A DNA stretch of 64,000 bases from an uncultured virus (IMG/VR IMGVR_UViG_3300044948_000587) (taxonomy: Duplodnaviria; Heunggongvirae; Uroviricota; Caudoviricetes): IMG/VR virus record IMGVR_UViG_3300044948_000587, one strand, 5' to 3'. Of the stretch, positions 38,501-48,870 are shown piece after piece. The translations under genes and the position numbers were made by a program. The notes under the pieces are model-generated. The model did not search any database and had not been told where the DNA came from. It saw nothing but the letters and a program-made list of their open reading frames with translations. Within the stretch, counting starts at the first letter, position 1. Every line of letters starts with the position of its first letter.

Positions 38501-39352
38501 ATGGTAAGATTAGTTACAGTTATAGGTCACGGAGTTAAATTACTACCTCATTTCATTAAACATTATTCAAGATATGTTGATGAAATTAATATAGTTGTTT
38601 ACCAATCAGACTTACATCCAGATTTACATGATGAAGTGTCACAATACATTGAAAATCAAAACAATGTAAAAATTGTACATACATTAACGGAAAGAATATT
38701 TGATTGGGAAAAGGTAACTAGTTTATATAATTTCATAAAATCAAAACACAAAAATGATTGGTGGGTAGTCGCCGACATTGATGAGTTTCATTTATACCCT
38801 GATGATGATTTACCAAAAGTAATTCAAACATGTGAAGAGTATGGTTTTGAAATGGTTAGAGGTGGGTTTATTGATAGAATAGGTAGAGGTGGAGAGTTTG
38901 CAGAATTGGTTGACGATGTATCTATATGGGACCAATTTCCGAACGCAGGATTTTTTAGATATCCAATGAGTAGTGCAAACCCTAATAAAATATGTCTAAT
39001 GAAAGGTTTTGTTGAAATAACATCAGGACAACATTATGCTAAAATAGATGGTCAAACAACTTGGAAATGGCAAGGATGGAATCATCCACAAATAAACCCA
39101 ATCGATTTCGTTCAAGTACATCATTTCAAGTGGGATAGAACATCAATCGAAAGAATAAAAACCGTTGCTGAATTAAACGAAGATTATGCATATTCAAATG
39201 AGTATTTCACAATGTTTAAAGAATTAATAAAAACTAAATTTAGAATAAATCTAATGGAAAAAGATTTCATGTTTGAATTGGGTTTGATATACCCCAAATA
39301 TGAATTATATAAAAATTGGAATAAATTAATAAACAAAATAATATCAATATGA
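38501..39352 (+). CDS. Glycosyltransferase family 2-like (Glyco_tranf_2_4 type)
   Basis: LLPHFIKHY, WWVVADIDEF, GQH, HHFKW. Confidence 0.75.
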   Translation: MVRLVTVIGHGVKLLPHFIKHYSRYVDEINIVVYQSDLHPDLHDEVSQYIENQNNVKIVHTLTERIFDWEKVTSLYNFIKSKHKNDWWVVADIDEFHLYPDDDLPKVIQTCEEYGFEMVRGGFIDRIGRGGEFAELVDDVSIWDQFPNAGFFRYPMSSANPNKICLMKGFVEITSGQHYAKIDGQTTWKWQGWNHPQINPIDFVQVHHFKWDRTSIERIKTVAELNEDYAYSNEYFTMFKELIKTKFRINLMEKDFMFELGLIYPKYELYKNWNKLINKIISI

Positions 39353-39374
39353 CACATATAAATATTGGATTAGA

Positions 39375-40781
39375 ATGAGATTAGCGATAATAGTACCATA
39401 TAGAGACAGAAGAGACGATTTAGATGTGTTTATACCACACATGGAAAAATTTTTAGCTAATAAACAAATAGATTATAAAATTTTTGTTGCTGAACAATCT
39501 GACGATAGGGCTTTCAATTACGGTAAAATATGTAATGCAGTTTTTAATGAAATAAAAGATGATTACGATTATTTTTGTTTTCATGACGTAGATTTATTAC
39601 CATTAAATGACGATGCTGATTATTCTTATAAAGACATCCCAACACATTTGGTTTTTGAGAATAAAAATAAAGAAAAGATATTACCATACAGCCAATATTT
39701 CGGTGGTGTGGTAATTTTTAGTAAAAACGATTTTATAAAGATAAACGGATTTGGGAATGACTATTGGGGTAAAGGATATGTTGATTTAGATTTATTATAT
39801 CGATGTTTAAAAAGTAAAATTACCTTAACTAAAAATTACGATTATAATCTTAAAGAAATACTCAAATCTGATTTAAAATATAGAAACATTACCAAAAAGG
39901 TTTCTAAAATTGTTTTACCTGAAAATTCAATTATAGTTAATAGAAAATCTGACGTCATTGCCACCAATTTTACGTTAAGTTTTCATTATAAAGAAGTGAG
40001 ACAAAATAGGAAAAAAATAGTAATTTTTAGGACACTTGATTTTGGAGATTTCCAAATATTCACCATAAATGGACAAATGATTTTACAATTTTTTGATAAG
40101 GGTAAACTATTCCAAATCGACATTAACAACGAAGTCGATATAACTCAGTTTAATCATTTTACATTTACTCACGATTACAATAAAAAAGAATTTATTATCT
40201 ATATAAATGGTGTTGAAAAATTTAATATTAATTATACCATAAATTATAATTTTACCAAAAAAAATGTTATATTAGGTGATATAGACAATAGCGTAAAAAT
40301 TGAATTAATTGATTTTAAATTGTTTACAAAAAAACTAACAAAAAATGAAGTTAATAGAAATTTTTACTATGGGGTAAAATCAAATTGTTTTGAATTTAAT
40401 AAGATTACGTTTTACGATAATGTAACAAAATTTATTGATGAGCATTTTAACATTTGGGAAATTATGGGTAAAACAACATCCGATAAAGAAAACTTAATAA
40501 TTGGTGAAATGTTAATGGTAGATGTGGTTAATAAACAATTAAATAAAGTAAAATATACACCAAATAAAATAAAAGGAAGATATGAAATTAGAGGTAATAA
40601 ATTTGATAACATTGAAACAACGTATCATCCCGATATATTAGAAAATAAAAACACTTACTATAATGATTTGTTGACTAATAAGATTAATACAAGTAAGTTT
40701 GGACTAAAAAGTGTTAAGTACACTTTATTGAATAAAATAGAATATAATAATAACACAGAATGGTTAAAAATATCTCTTTAA
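39375..40781 (+). CDS. GT7 galactosyltransferase-like protein with inserted LamG-like domain (degenerate active site)
   Basis: IIVPYRDR, FNYGK, FHDVDLLP, YFGGV, INGFGNDYWGKGYVDLDL. Confidence 0.8.
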   Translation: MRLAIIVPYRDRRDDLDVFIPHMEKFLANKQIDYKIFVAEQSDDRAFNYGKICNAVFNEIKDDYDYFCFHDVDLLPLNDDADYSYKDIPTHLVFENKNKEKILPYSQYFGGVVIFSKNDFIKINGFGNDYWGKGYVDLDLLYRCLKSKITLTKNYDYNLKEILKSDLKYRNITKKVSKIVLPENSIIVNRKSDVIATNFTLSFHYKEVRQNRKKIVIFRTLDFGDFQIFTINGQMILQFFDKGKLFQIDINNEVDITQFNHFTFTHDYNKKEFIIYINGVEKFNINYTINYNFTKKNVILGDIDNSVKIELIDFKLFTKKLTKNEVNRNFYYGVKSNCFEFNKITFYDNVTKFIDEHFNIWEIMGKTTSDKENLIIGEMLMVDVVNKQLNKVKYTPNKIKGRYEIRGNKFDNIETTYHPDILENKNTYYNDLLTNKINTSKFGLKSVKYTLLNKIEYNNNTEWLKISL

Positions 40782-41338
40782 CAAAGTATCAAGTTGAAAA
40801 TCTTGAAAATATCGCAGATTTATTAGAAAGTATTGATTATTCTAAAGAAGATGCTGAAATTAAATTTTTAACTCTTATTGTGAATATTGAAAGCCTTTTA
40901 CCAAAATCAAATATTTTTGATTACGTGTTTAAGACGGATATCACGAAAGATAAGAAATTAGAATTACAGGAAAATAAAAAACAAAAATTTGTGGTAATAA
41001 ATGACAATGTGGAGTTGTTAAAATCATTACCAAATGATATTGAATTTAAGTGGAGCCAAGTAAATAATAAATACGATATCATAAATAACACATACGATGA
41101 AATAAAAAGTATCGAATCAAACATCCAAGATATTCACACACAAATGAGTGAAATAGCTTCTGAAAACGATGTGTTATATGGTGAGATAGAAAATATTGAC
41201 TTTGAAATATCACAAATTGATAACTACATTGAGGAGTCCGAATGGAAAGTAGACTTGGATAGTCACGAAGAAATAACATTTAATAAAATAAAAGAAAAAT
41301 TAATAATCGAAAAAAAGTTTAATTATGGAAATATCTAA
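40760..41338 (+). CDS. Acidic coiled-coil hypothetical protein
   Basis: Heptad-rich C-terminal half. Confidence 0.55.
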   Translation: MVKNISLTKYQVENLENIADLLESIDYSKEDAEIKFLTLIVNIESLLPKSNIFDYVFKTDITKDKKLELQENKKQKFVVINDNVELLKSLPNDIEFKWSQVNNKYDIINNTYDEIKSIESNIQDIHTQMSEIASENDVLYGEIENIDFEISQIDNYIEESEWKVDLDSHEEITFNKIKEKLIIEKKFNYGNI

Positions 41339-41570
41339 AGAAGAACAACACGAATTAAATAAAAAGGGTGTTGAAGCTATGACAAGAATTGCAACCTCAT
41401 TGGAGGGTATAAACGATTGGGTTTATACATTAAATACCGCAGCATGGTCAGAGAGACTAGAGTGGTATTTAAACGAATTTTATCAATTAGCTAAAGCAAA
41501 AACTATCGGTTCATCCGATAGACCAACAAAAGAATATGAAGAAGAAACTGGCGATAATAGTCCCTTATAG
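41325..41570 (+). CDS. Hypothetical protein
   Basis: 81 aa ORF overlapping both neighbours. Confidence 0.6.
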   Translation: MEISKEEQHELNKKGVEAMTRIATSLEGINDWVYTLNTAAWSERLEWYLNEFYQLAKAKTIGSSDRPTKEYEEETGDNSPL

Positions 41571-42783
41571 GGATAGAAGTACTCATTTAAATACGTTTAT
41601 TTCATACATGGAATCTTATTTAAAAGATTACACATATGAAATCATTGTTATTAATCAAGCGGATAACCAACCATTTAATAGAGGTAAATTATTAAACATC
41701 GGCGCAAAATATGCCATAGACAATGGTTTTGATTATTTGTGTTTTCACGATGTAGATATGTTACCAATTAATGCAGATTACTCATATCCTAAAGAACCAA
41801 CAAGTCTAATATCTGAATTGGAAAATAAAGAAGGTAATATATTTTTTACTTACTTTGGAGGTATCACTTTATTTAATATTCAAGATTTTATAACGGTGAA
41901 TGGATATTCTAATAACTATTGGGGGTGGGGATATGAAGATACTGATTTATTTTATAGAGTTACACATAGCGGATTATTTTTTGATTCTGAAATGATTGGT
42001 GAGAATGACTATTCTTTATTTTCTGTTGAATTAAAAGAAGAGGATTATATAAAAATACCAATAGACTCTAAATTCATTGATGGCGATTTTAATATTAAAT
42101 TAACCACAAAAGTTGAATCTAAGTATTTCGATGAGAATAAAAATTATGATGAATATCCAATATTATCCATACCGGGATATAACATTGGTATTTTTTATAA
42201 TTCATTTAATAGATTTTTTATACAGGTTTATGATACTAATAAAAAACCATATTCAATTACAACGGACATTTTAGATGACGTAACATCAAGTTTTACATTT
42301 TCTAAGGTTAGGAATACAATTTCATTCTCAATGAATAACAAATTAATTGGTGAAGTTGTTATGGATAGTCCAATACTTAATTTAGACAATGAATTTATGT
42401 ATATAGGAACGTTCTCTGAAAAAGAAAAAATCGAATTTGATTTAACAATAATTGACATTGAAATTGACGACTATCATTTAGGTACAAATGATTATGAATT
42501 AATAGGTGGCGTTATTAATTCTGATAAAATGATATCACATAGAACTTCAATACCAAAACCAATTAGAAGAGAAGGGTTATATCGTGAATTATATCACGAC
42601 AGTAACTCATCAATTAACAAATCTTGGGTACATAAAGAAACTAGAAATAATCAAATATTTTTTAATAATTTTGTTAAGCAAAATTTAATTGATTTCACTA
42701 AAGAAGGATTAAACACACTTCAATATGAATTAATTTCGGAAAAAGATAATAATAACCATAAAATTTTGTCCGTATCATTATGA
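41536..42783 (+). CDS. GT7 galactosyltransferase with inserted LamG-like domain
   Basis: IIVPYRDR, FNRGKLLNIG, FHDVDMLP, NGYSNNYWGWGYEDTDL, LYH, EGLNTLQY. Confidence 0.87.
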   Translation: MKKKLAIIVPYRDRSTHLNTFISYMESYLKDYTYEIIVINQADNQPFNRGKLLNIGAKYAIDNGFDYLCFHDVDMLPINADYSYPKEPTSLISELENKEGNIFFTYFGGITLFNIQDFITVNGYSNNYWGWGYEDTDLFYRVTHSGLFFDSEMIGENDYSLFSVELKEEDYIKIPIDSKFIDGDFNIKLTTKVESKYFDENKNYDEYPILSIPGYNIGIFYNSFNRFFIQVYDTNKKPYSITTDILDDVTSSFTFSKVRNTISFSMNNKLIGEVVMDSPILNLDNEFMYIGTFSEKEKIEFDLTIIDIEIDDYHLGTNDYELIGGVINSDKMISHRTSIPKPIRREGLYRELYHDSNSSINKSWVHKETRNNQIFFNNFVKQNLIDFTKEGLNTLQYELISEKDNNNHKILSVSL

Positions 42784-44192
42784 GTCATAAATTAGGGATT
42801 TGTATACCATATAGAAATAGAAAAGAACATTTAGATAAATTAGTTCCACATCTTTCTGAACATTTAACAAAACAAGGAATAGAACATACTTTTTATGTTG
42901 GACATCAACTAGACGATAAATTATTTAACAGAGGGGCGATGAAAAACATTGCAGCTAAATATGCGTTTGAAGATGGGTGCGACTATATTGCATGGCACGA
43001 TGTGGATATGTTACCACAAGAAAATGCGGACTATTCGTACCCATCGGAAACCCCTGTACATATCGCAACTAAATTGTCAAAGTATAATTATGGTTTAGGT
43101 TATGATCAATACTTTGGTGGCGTTGTATTATTCACAAAAGAACAAGTTGAAAAAACTAACGGATACTCAAATGATTATTGGGATTGGGGAATGGAAGATG
43201 ATGATTTATTTTGGAGATCATATTTTGAAGGTATGACAACTGGTGATATCTTTAAAGAATATAAAAGTAAAAAAATAGGTATTTTCAATGGAATAAATTC
43301 ACATGTTGAAATACCTGCTAATAGAAAATTAGTAGAATGTTTAAATAAAAACCATACAATATCTTTTTTAGTTTGTGCAGAACAACAACCAGAGAAAGTA
43401 CCAATTTGGTTAATTGGTGACAAAGAAAAGAAATTTATCGAATATCCAATCTTTGTAAAAACGGGCGGTTACAATTATATGTTATCTTTTAATAACTCAA
43501 GAGCCTTCACGATGAAAGTATTTGACGAAAGAAGAAACCCAATTTATAATTGGATTAAAAGATTTGAATCTCTTTGGACTTGGGTTACGTTATCAATAGA
43601 CACAGAAAATAATCAAATGTATTTTTATCTAAATAACGAACTGACAAGAAATCAATTCGGTACCAAAGAAAATTTACCAATTTCTTATGAAGGTAAACTA
43701 ATGAGATATGATTTAAGAAATCCATTTATGATTGGATTTGATAATTTTACTAACACAAGATTTAAAGGTAAAATTGCAAGAATAAAACTATATAATAAAT
43801 TTTTTAATAGTGAAGAAATAAATAACATAATTGATGATAAATTAGATACTCCACTATTAAATTTTGATTTTGATAATTTAACGCAAGAGTATCAATTAAA
43901 CAACATTGATTTAATAGATGAACAAATTCAAGTTATTGAAAATATTATACCATTTAGAAGAGAGGGGGTTTTTGATTGTCTATCACATATAGATGAGGGT
44001 TATGTAGGGGGTACGTGGAAAAAAGGTGAAACTACAGCTAAAAATGAAAAAAGGTTTGTTTCTGAAATGCAACAAGGATTGATTAATTACAAAGAAGATG
44101 GTTTAAATAATATATTGAATGTAATGGATATTGATAATGTAGATGTATCTTTATATCCAAACACTAAATTTATAAATGTAAAAATGAAATGA
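42780..44192 (+). CDS. GT7 galactosyltransferase with inserted LamG-like domain
   Basis: CIPYRNR, FNRGAMKN, WHDVDMLP, NGYSNDYWDWGMEDDDL; insert ending FKGKIARIKLYN; DGLN. Confidence 0.87.
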   Translation: MSHKLGICIPYRNRKEHLDKLVPHLSEHLTKQGIEHTFYVGHQLDDKLFNRGAMKNIAAKYAFEDGCDYIAWHDVDMLPQENADYSYPSETPVHIATKLSKYNYGLGYDQYFGGVVLFTKEQVEKTNGYSNDYWDWGMEDDDLFWRSYFEGMTTGDIFKEYKSKKIGIFNGINSHVEIPANRKLVECLNKNHTISFLVCAEQQPEKVPIWLIGDKEKKFIEYPIFVKTGGYNYMLSFNNSRAFTMKVFDERRNPIYNWIKRFESLWTWVTLSIDTENNQMYFYLNNELTRNQFGTKENLPISYEGKLMRYDLRNPFMIGFDNFTNTRFKGKIARIKLYNKFFNSEEINNIIDDKLDTPLLNFDFDNLTQEYQLNNIDLIDEQIQVIENIIPFRREGVFDCLSHIDEGYVGGTWKKGETTAKNEKRFVSEMQQGLINYKEDGLNNILNVMDIDNVDVSLYPNTKFINVKMK

Positions 44193-45574
44193 GCGACTTT
44201 GACGTAACCAAAAGTGAATTAGATAAGGTAGGTTGTGGTATGTGTTTAGCAAAATGGACACAAGTTACTATGCATTTACACAATGGAATGACACACTCAT
44301 GTCATCACCCTGTACCACATAAAATACCATTAAGTGAAATAAAAGAAAATCCAACAGCATTACACAATACCAAATATAAGAAATTGGCTCGTAAAGAAAT
44401 GTTGGAAAATAAAAGACCTGGTGAATGTGACTATTGTTGGAATGTTGAAGATAATTCTAATTCATTTTCAGATAGAGTATTTAAATCAAATGAATCTTGG
44501 TCATTACCACATTTAGAAGAAATTAAAGGATTAAATTGGAAAGCAAATTATAACCCAAAATATGTTGAGGTAAGTTTTTCAAATACATGTAATTTTAAAT
44601 GTGCATATTGTAGTCCAATGGCATCTTCAAAGTGGGTTGAAGAAATTGAAAAATTTGGTGGGTACCCGTTGTCATATAATTTTAACAATTTAGAGTGGTT
44701 AAAAGAAACTGGTCAGTTACCATATAAACAAACAGAATACAATCCGTATGTGGAATCTTTTTGGAATTGGTGGCCTGAATTGTATAGAGACTTACATACA
44801 TTTAGAATAACGGGTGGTGAACCATTGTTAGCTAAAGATACTTGGAAGGTATTAGATTTTATTGCTGAGACACCCGAACCAAACAGAAAACTAAATTTAT
44901 CTATTAATACCAATTTAGGTGTACCAAAAAACTTGATTAATGAGTTTGTTAAAAAGGCTAAGAAGATAATTGAGGAAGATAGGGTTAACGAATTTATTAT
45001 ATTCACATCATGTGAAACATGGGGAGAACAAGCTGAGTACATTAGATTTGGTTTGAACTTTAATCAATTCTTAGAAAACGTTGAATACATTCTACAAGAG
45101 TTACCTAAAGTGACTATCAACATTATGTCTACATTCAATGCCTTATCACCATTTGGTTATGATAAGTTAATTGATAAGGTACAAGAACTAAAAGAAAAGT
45201 ACCAAAATAAAGAAAGATATTGGAATTCGGCAATTCAATTAGATACTGCTTATTTAAGATGGCCACCACATTTATCCGTTAAAATTCTGGATAGAGAACA
45301 TAAGGATTTAATCTTAGAGTCAGCTAAAAAGGCATTCTATTATGCAACACCAAAATTCACAAACGATTACTTTGGATTTTCAGATACCGAAGTTCAAAAG
45401 ATTAAAAGACTTTATGATTTTGCAATATCTGATGATGGATTTGAAGTTGAAAAGAACAGATTAGATTTTGTTAAATTTGTTGATGAATATGACATAAGAA
45501 AGGGTACGAATTTTTTAAATACATTCCCACAATTAGAAAACTTTTATAATGAAATTAGAAATAAAAAAAGGTGA
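44189..45574 (+). CDS. Radical SAM protein with N-terminal twitch/SPASM-like Cys cluster
   Basis: CNFKCAYC, ITGGEP, N-terminal CLAKW..SCHH..ECDYCW. Confidence 0.9.
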   Translation: MSDFDVTKSELDKVGCGMCLAKWTQVTMHLHNGMTHSCHHPVPHKIPLSEIKENPTALHNTKYKKLARKEMLENKRPGECDYCWNVEDNSNSFSDRVFKSNESWSLPHLEEIKGLNWKANYNPKYVEVSFSNTCNFKCAYCSPMASSKWVEEIEKFGGYPLSYNFNNLEWLKETGQLPYKQTEYNPYVESFWNWWPELYRDLHTFRITGGEPLLAKDTWKVLDFIAETPEPNRKLNLSINTNLGVPKNLINEFVKKAKKIIEEDRVNEFIIFTSCETWGEQAEYIRFGLNFNQFLENVEYILQELPKVTINIMSTFNALSPFGYDKLIDKVQELKEKYQNKERYWNSAIQLDTAYLRWPPHLSVKILDREHKDLILESAKKAFYYATPKFTNDYFGFSDTEVQKIKRLYDFAISDDGFEVEKNRLDFVKFVDEYDIRKGTNFLNTFPQLENFYNEIRNKKR

Positions 45575-46136
45575 ACCATGGGTCATGTGGCCCGACCTAT
45601 TAGTGGGTAATTTTAACAATTTTCCTGCTAATAAAATTTTTGACCACAAGGGTGACTATGTTTTTACAATCGAGTTTGAATTGGTTGAACAAATCACCGA
45701 TAAAGTGTGTTTATTCTCAAAATTACCGTCATATTTGGGGGTTGATTTAAGAAATGGAGGGATTACCTTCACTTATTCACAAAAGGATAAGGAGACGGAT
45801 TATATTGACGCCAATTACAACTGGTTGGTTGGTAAGAAATATGAATTGAAAATTGAAAAGAAAGAAAAAAATGTTATATTAACAATAGACAAGTTTCAAA
45901 TTTTTAATTTTAAAATTGAAAACGATTTAAAAGAAGATTCTGACTCACATATTATATTTGGGGCAGGTAATTTTCCTAAAAATGGGTTTAATTTAAATTA
46001 TTTTAACGTTATATTATACAGTATTAAAATAGTAAAAGATGGTGAAGTAATTTCACATAATGACTTTGAAAAATTCATACACGGAAAAAGTTATGATATA
46101 ACCGGTAACTGTAATTTTATTCACAAAATAATATAA
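45549..46136 (+). CDS. Stand-alone LamG-like beta-sandwich protein
   Basis: Beta-strand-rich pattern, IIFGAG, ends YDITGNCN. Confidence 0.45.
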   Translation: MKLEIKKGEPWVMWPDLLVGNFNNFPANKIFDHKGDYVFTIEFELVEQITDKVCLFSKLPSYLGVDLRNGGITFTYSQKDKETDYIDANYNWLVGKKYELKIEKKEKNVILTIDKFQIFNFKIENDLKEDSDSHIIFGAGNFPKNGFNLNYFNVILYSIKIVKDGEVISHNDFEKFIHGKSYDITGNCNFIHKII

Positions 46137-46140
46137 AAAT

Positions 46141-47586
46141 ATGTCAGAAGAATTAAGAGAATGGAGAGAAAAACACTTAAACTCAATTAGTTGTAGTTTT
46201 TGTGCCGCAAAATGGTATAATGCAAGTCTCCATTTAGGTCATGGATTTACAAACTCATGTCACCTACCGTTACCACATCCTATTGATTTAGAAGAGATTA
46301 AAACAAACCCTTCTGCGCTTCATAATACCCAACACAAAAAGGAAATGCGTAGAATGATGTTAACGGGAGTAAAACCCGCTGAATGTTCGTATTGTTGGAA
46401 AATTGAAGATATTGGTAGAGGTAATATTTCTGATAGAGTTTACAAAAGTCAAATCTATAAAGATGAAGACATTGCAGCATTAAAAGACATTCCTTGGGAT
46501 CAAGACATTCCATTAAAAACGGTTGAGGTTAGTTTTGACCGTATATGTAATTTTGCTTGCAGTTACTGTAATTCCGGTTACAGTACAACTTGGGGTAAAG
46601 ACATTAGAAATAATGGGGCATATCAAAAGTTTAAAACCAGTAGTGCCGGCGCATATTACGCTGATGGTTCTTGGTCTGAAGTATATGGAAAATATGGTGA
46701 AGATAATCCATATGTAAAAGCGTTCTTAGATTGGTGGCCTGAATTGTCACAAACATTAGAAGAGATTAGAATTACTGGTGGTGAACCATCACAAAGTCAT
46801 AATTTTTGGCAGTTCATGGAGTTAATGAAAAAACATCCATCTAAAAATTTAAGACTTGCAATTAACTCTAACTTAGGTTTAAACGAAGCTACCGTTCAAA
46901 AATTAATTGACATCACCAAAGAAGTGGAGGTTAAAGAGTTTGACATTTATACGAGTAATGAATCATATGGTAAACATGCTGAATACATTAGAGATGGTTT
47001 GAAATATGATATTTGGAGAAATAATGTGGTTAAAGTTATTGAAAACGCTAACATTAGACAACTTGTTATAATGATGACCATTAATAGTTTATGTCTTTTT
47101 AGTATCACTGAATTTTTAGATGATATGTTAGAAATTAAAGGTAAATATGGTGCACATAAATTGATTGTTGATTTTAATATATTAAGATGGCCAGCCTTTA
47201 TGTCACCATTAACATTACCCGATGATATTAAACATGATTTACACGGTAAGTTATCAATGTGGTGGAGAAAACATAAATCTAATAAGTTAATTAATATGCA
47301 TGAAGGTGCACAAATACAAAGACTGATAGATTATATTGAAGTGGTAAATAGAGGTCACAATACGACTGAAATGGATAAGAGTTTACAATACCATGATTTT
47401 AAAAGTTTTTATAATCAATATGATATCCGTAGAAATAAAAACTTCAATGAAACATTCCCTGAACTATCTGAATGGTATGATTCTTTAGAAATTGATATGA
47501 CAATACCTGATGTAAGAGTTACCGACGGTAGAATAACACATTATGAGGCTGGCGAATACGAGTCTGATATTAAAAATAATAATTAA
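46141..47586 (+). CDS. Radical SAM protein with N-terminal twitch/SPASM-like Cys cluster (paralog)
   Basis: CNFACSYC, ITGGEP, CAAKW..SCH..ECSYCW. Confidence 0.9.
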   Translation: MSEELREWREKHLNSISCSFCAAKWYNASLHLGHGFTNSCHLPLPHPIDLEEIKTNPSALHNTQHKKEMRRMMLTGVKPAECSYCWKIEDIGRGNISDRVYKSQIYKDEDIAALKDIPWDQDIPLKTVEVSFDRICNFACSYCNSGYSTTWGKDIRNNGAYQKFKTSSAGAYYADGSWSEVYGKYGEDNPYVKAFLDWWPELSQTLEEIRITGGEPSQSHNFWQFMELMKKHPSKNLRLAINSNLGLNEATVQKLIDITKEVEVKEFDIYTSNESYGKHAEYIRDGLKYDIWRNNVVKVIENANIRQLVIMMTINSLCLFSITEFLDDMLEIKGKYGAHKLIVDFNILRWPAFMSPLTLPDDIKHDLHGKLSMWWRKHKSNKLINMHEGAQIQRLIDYIEVVNRGHNTTEMDKSLQYHDFKSFYNQYDIRRNKNFNETFPELSEWYDSLEIDMTIPDVRVTDGRITHYEAGEYESDIKNNN

Positions 47587-47588
47587 TA

Positions 47589-48869
47589 ATGAATTTCTTA
47601 TTTGAAGATTTTGATAATTGGGGAAATTTAATTTCATGTGAAGATGTAAATCCGTCTGGAATAAAAAGATTTACAAGGTCACCACTATTAAATGCTGCTA
47701 GTATTTACCATTCATTTAATAAATTGGATAACTTTATTCAATATAAAAATTCAGATGAAAATGTTGACGGTTACTACATCATATCTTTAGGTGTTAATCA
47801 CAGCCCTGAAGATTGGACTGGATATAACTCAAACAAAAAAAGTCTATTCTCATATATTAGTGAGAAATATTTAACCGATATTAAAATAGGTAAAGCATTC
47901 TTACTGATTGACCAAAGTTTTGAAGGTTATCAATCTTCTTGGTTATGGGATTGGTTTCATACAGAATGTAGTATATTCGACATACCACCTAAACAAATTA
48001 TATATGTAACGGGTAATATGATTGTTGATGTGTTCTATAATGATTGGGCAAACACTAATAACATTTCTGAACGAATTAAAGTTGTTGGTTATTCTCATTT
48101 TGAATTAGATATGGCAATGGAGTGTTATCGAAAAGGTGAGACTGAAAATCCATTACACACTTTTAATGAAAATTTAAATTATAAGATTGATAATGTTGAT
48201 AAAATAAAAACATACGCGTGTTTAAACAAAAGATTAAGAAATCATAGAATATGGTTTTATAAATATCTATACCATTCAGGTCTATTGGAAAAAGGGTTGG
48301 TTAGTATGAATAAGTTTGGGGAATACAATCATTATTTCGAAGGTAAAGAAATGAGTAAGTTAGAAGTTTCAATTATTACTAAAAACTTACCTTTATTGGT
48401 TTATGATAAACGTAATGATGAACTTGACGATAATTTTTACATTAGAAGATTTAATGATGAAGTTTGTTTAGATACCTATATGACAGTTATCAGCGAAGCT
48501 CAATGTAATGATAGTGATAACACCATGTTTTTAAGTGAAAAAACATTTAAAGTCATTGCTTGTAGACATCCTTTTATTATCATGGGAAATAAAGATAGTA
48601 TGAGAATGATGAGGGAAATTGGTTATAAAACATTTGATGGTTTTATAGATGAAGGATATGATAATTTACCGGCACATGATAGATTACAATATATTGTTGA
48701 ATCTATAAGAAAGGTGGATAACATTAAAGATAAAATTGAATGGTATAAGTCAATGGAAGATATTTTGGAATACAACTATAATACACTGATAAATAAACTA
48801 TATAAAATACCTAAAGAGTTTAACGATATTCGTAAATATTGTCAAACTATATATAAAAAAATGTTATAA
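47589..48869 (+). CDS. Putative glycosyltransferase-like protein (TEK family, paralog 1 of 4)
   Basis: CLNKRLRNHR, VISEA, FLSEKTFK..HPFII.G, GYKTF...IDEGYD. Confidence 0.5.
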   Translation: MNFLFEDFDNWGNLISCEDVNPSGIKRFTRSPLLNAASIYHSFNKLDNFIQYKNSDENVDGYYIISLGVNHSPEDWTGYNSNKKSLFSYISEKYLTDIKIGKAFLLIDQSFEGYQSSWLWDWFHTECSIFDIPPKQIIYVTGNMIVDVFYNDWANTNNISERIKVVGYSHFELDMAMECYRKGETENPLHTFNENLNYKIDNVDKIKTYACLNKRLRNHRIWFYKYLYHSGLLEKGLVSMNKFGEYNHYFEGKEMSKLEVSIITKNLPLLVYDKRNDELDDNFYIRRFNDEVCLDTYMTVISEAQCNDSDNTMFLSEKTFKVIACRHPFIIMGNKDSMRMMREIGYKTFDGFIDEGYDNLPAHDRLQYIVESIRKVDNIKDKIEWYKSMEDILEYNYNTLINKLYKIPKEFNDIRKYCQTIYKKML

Positions 48870-48870
48870 A

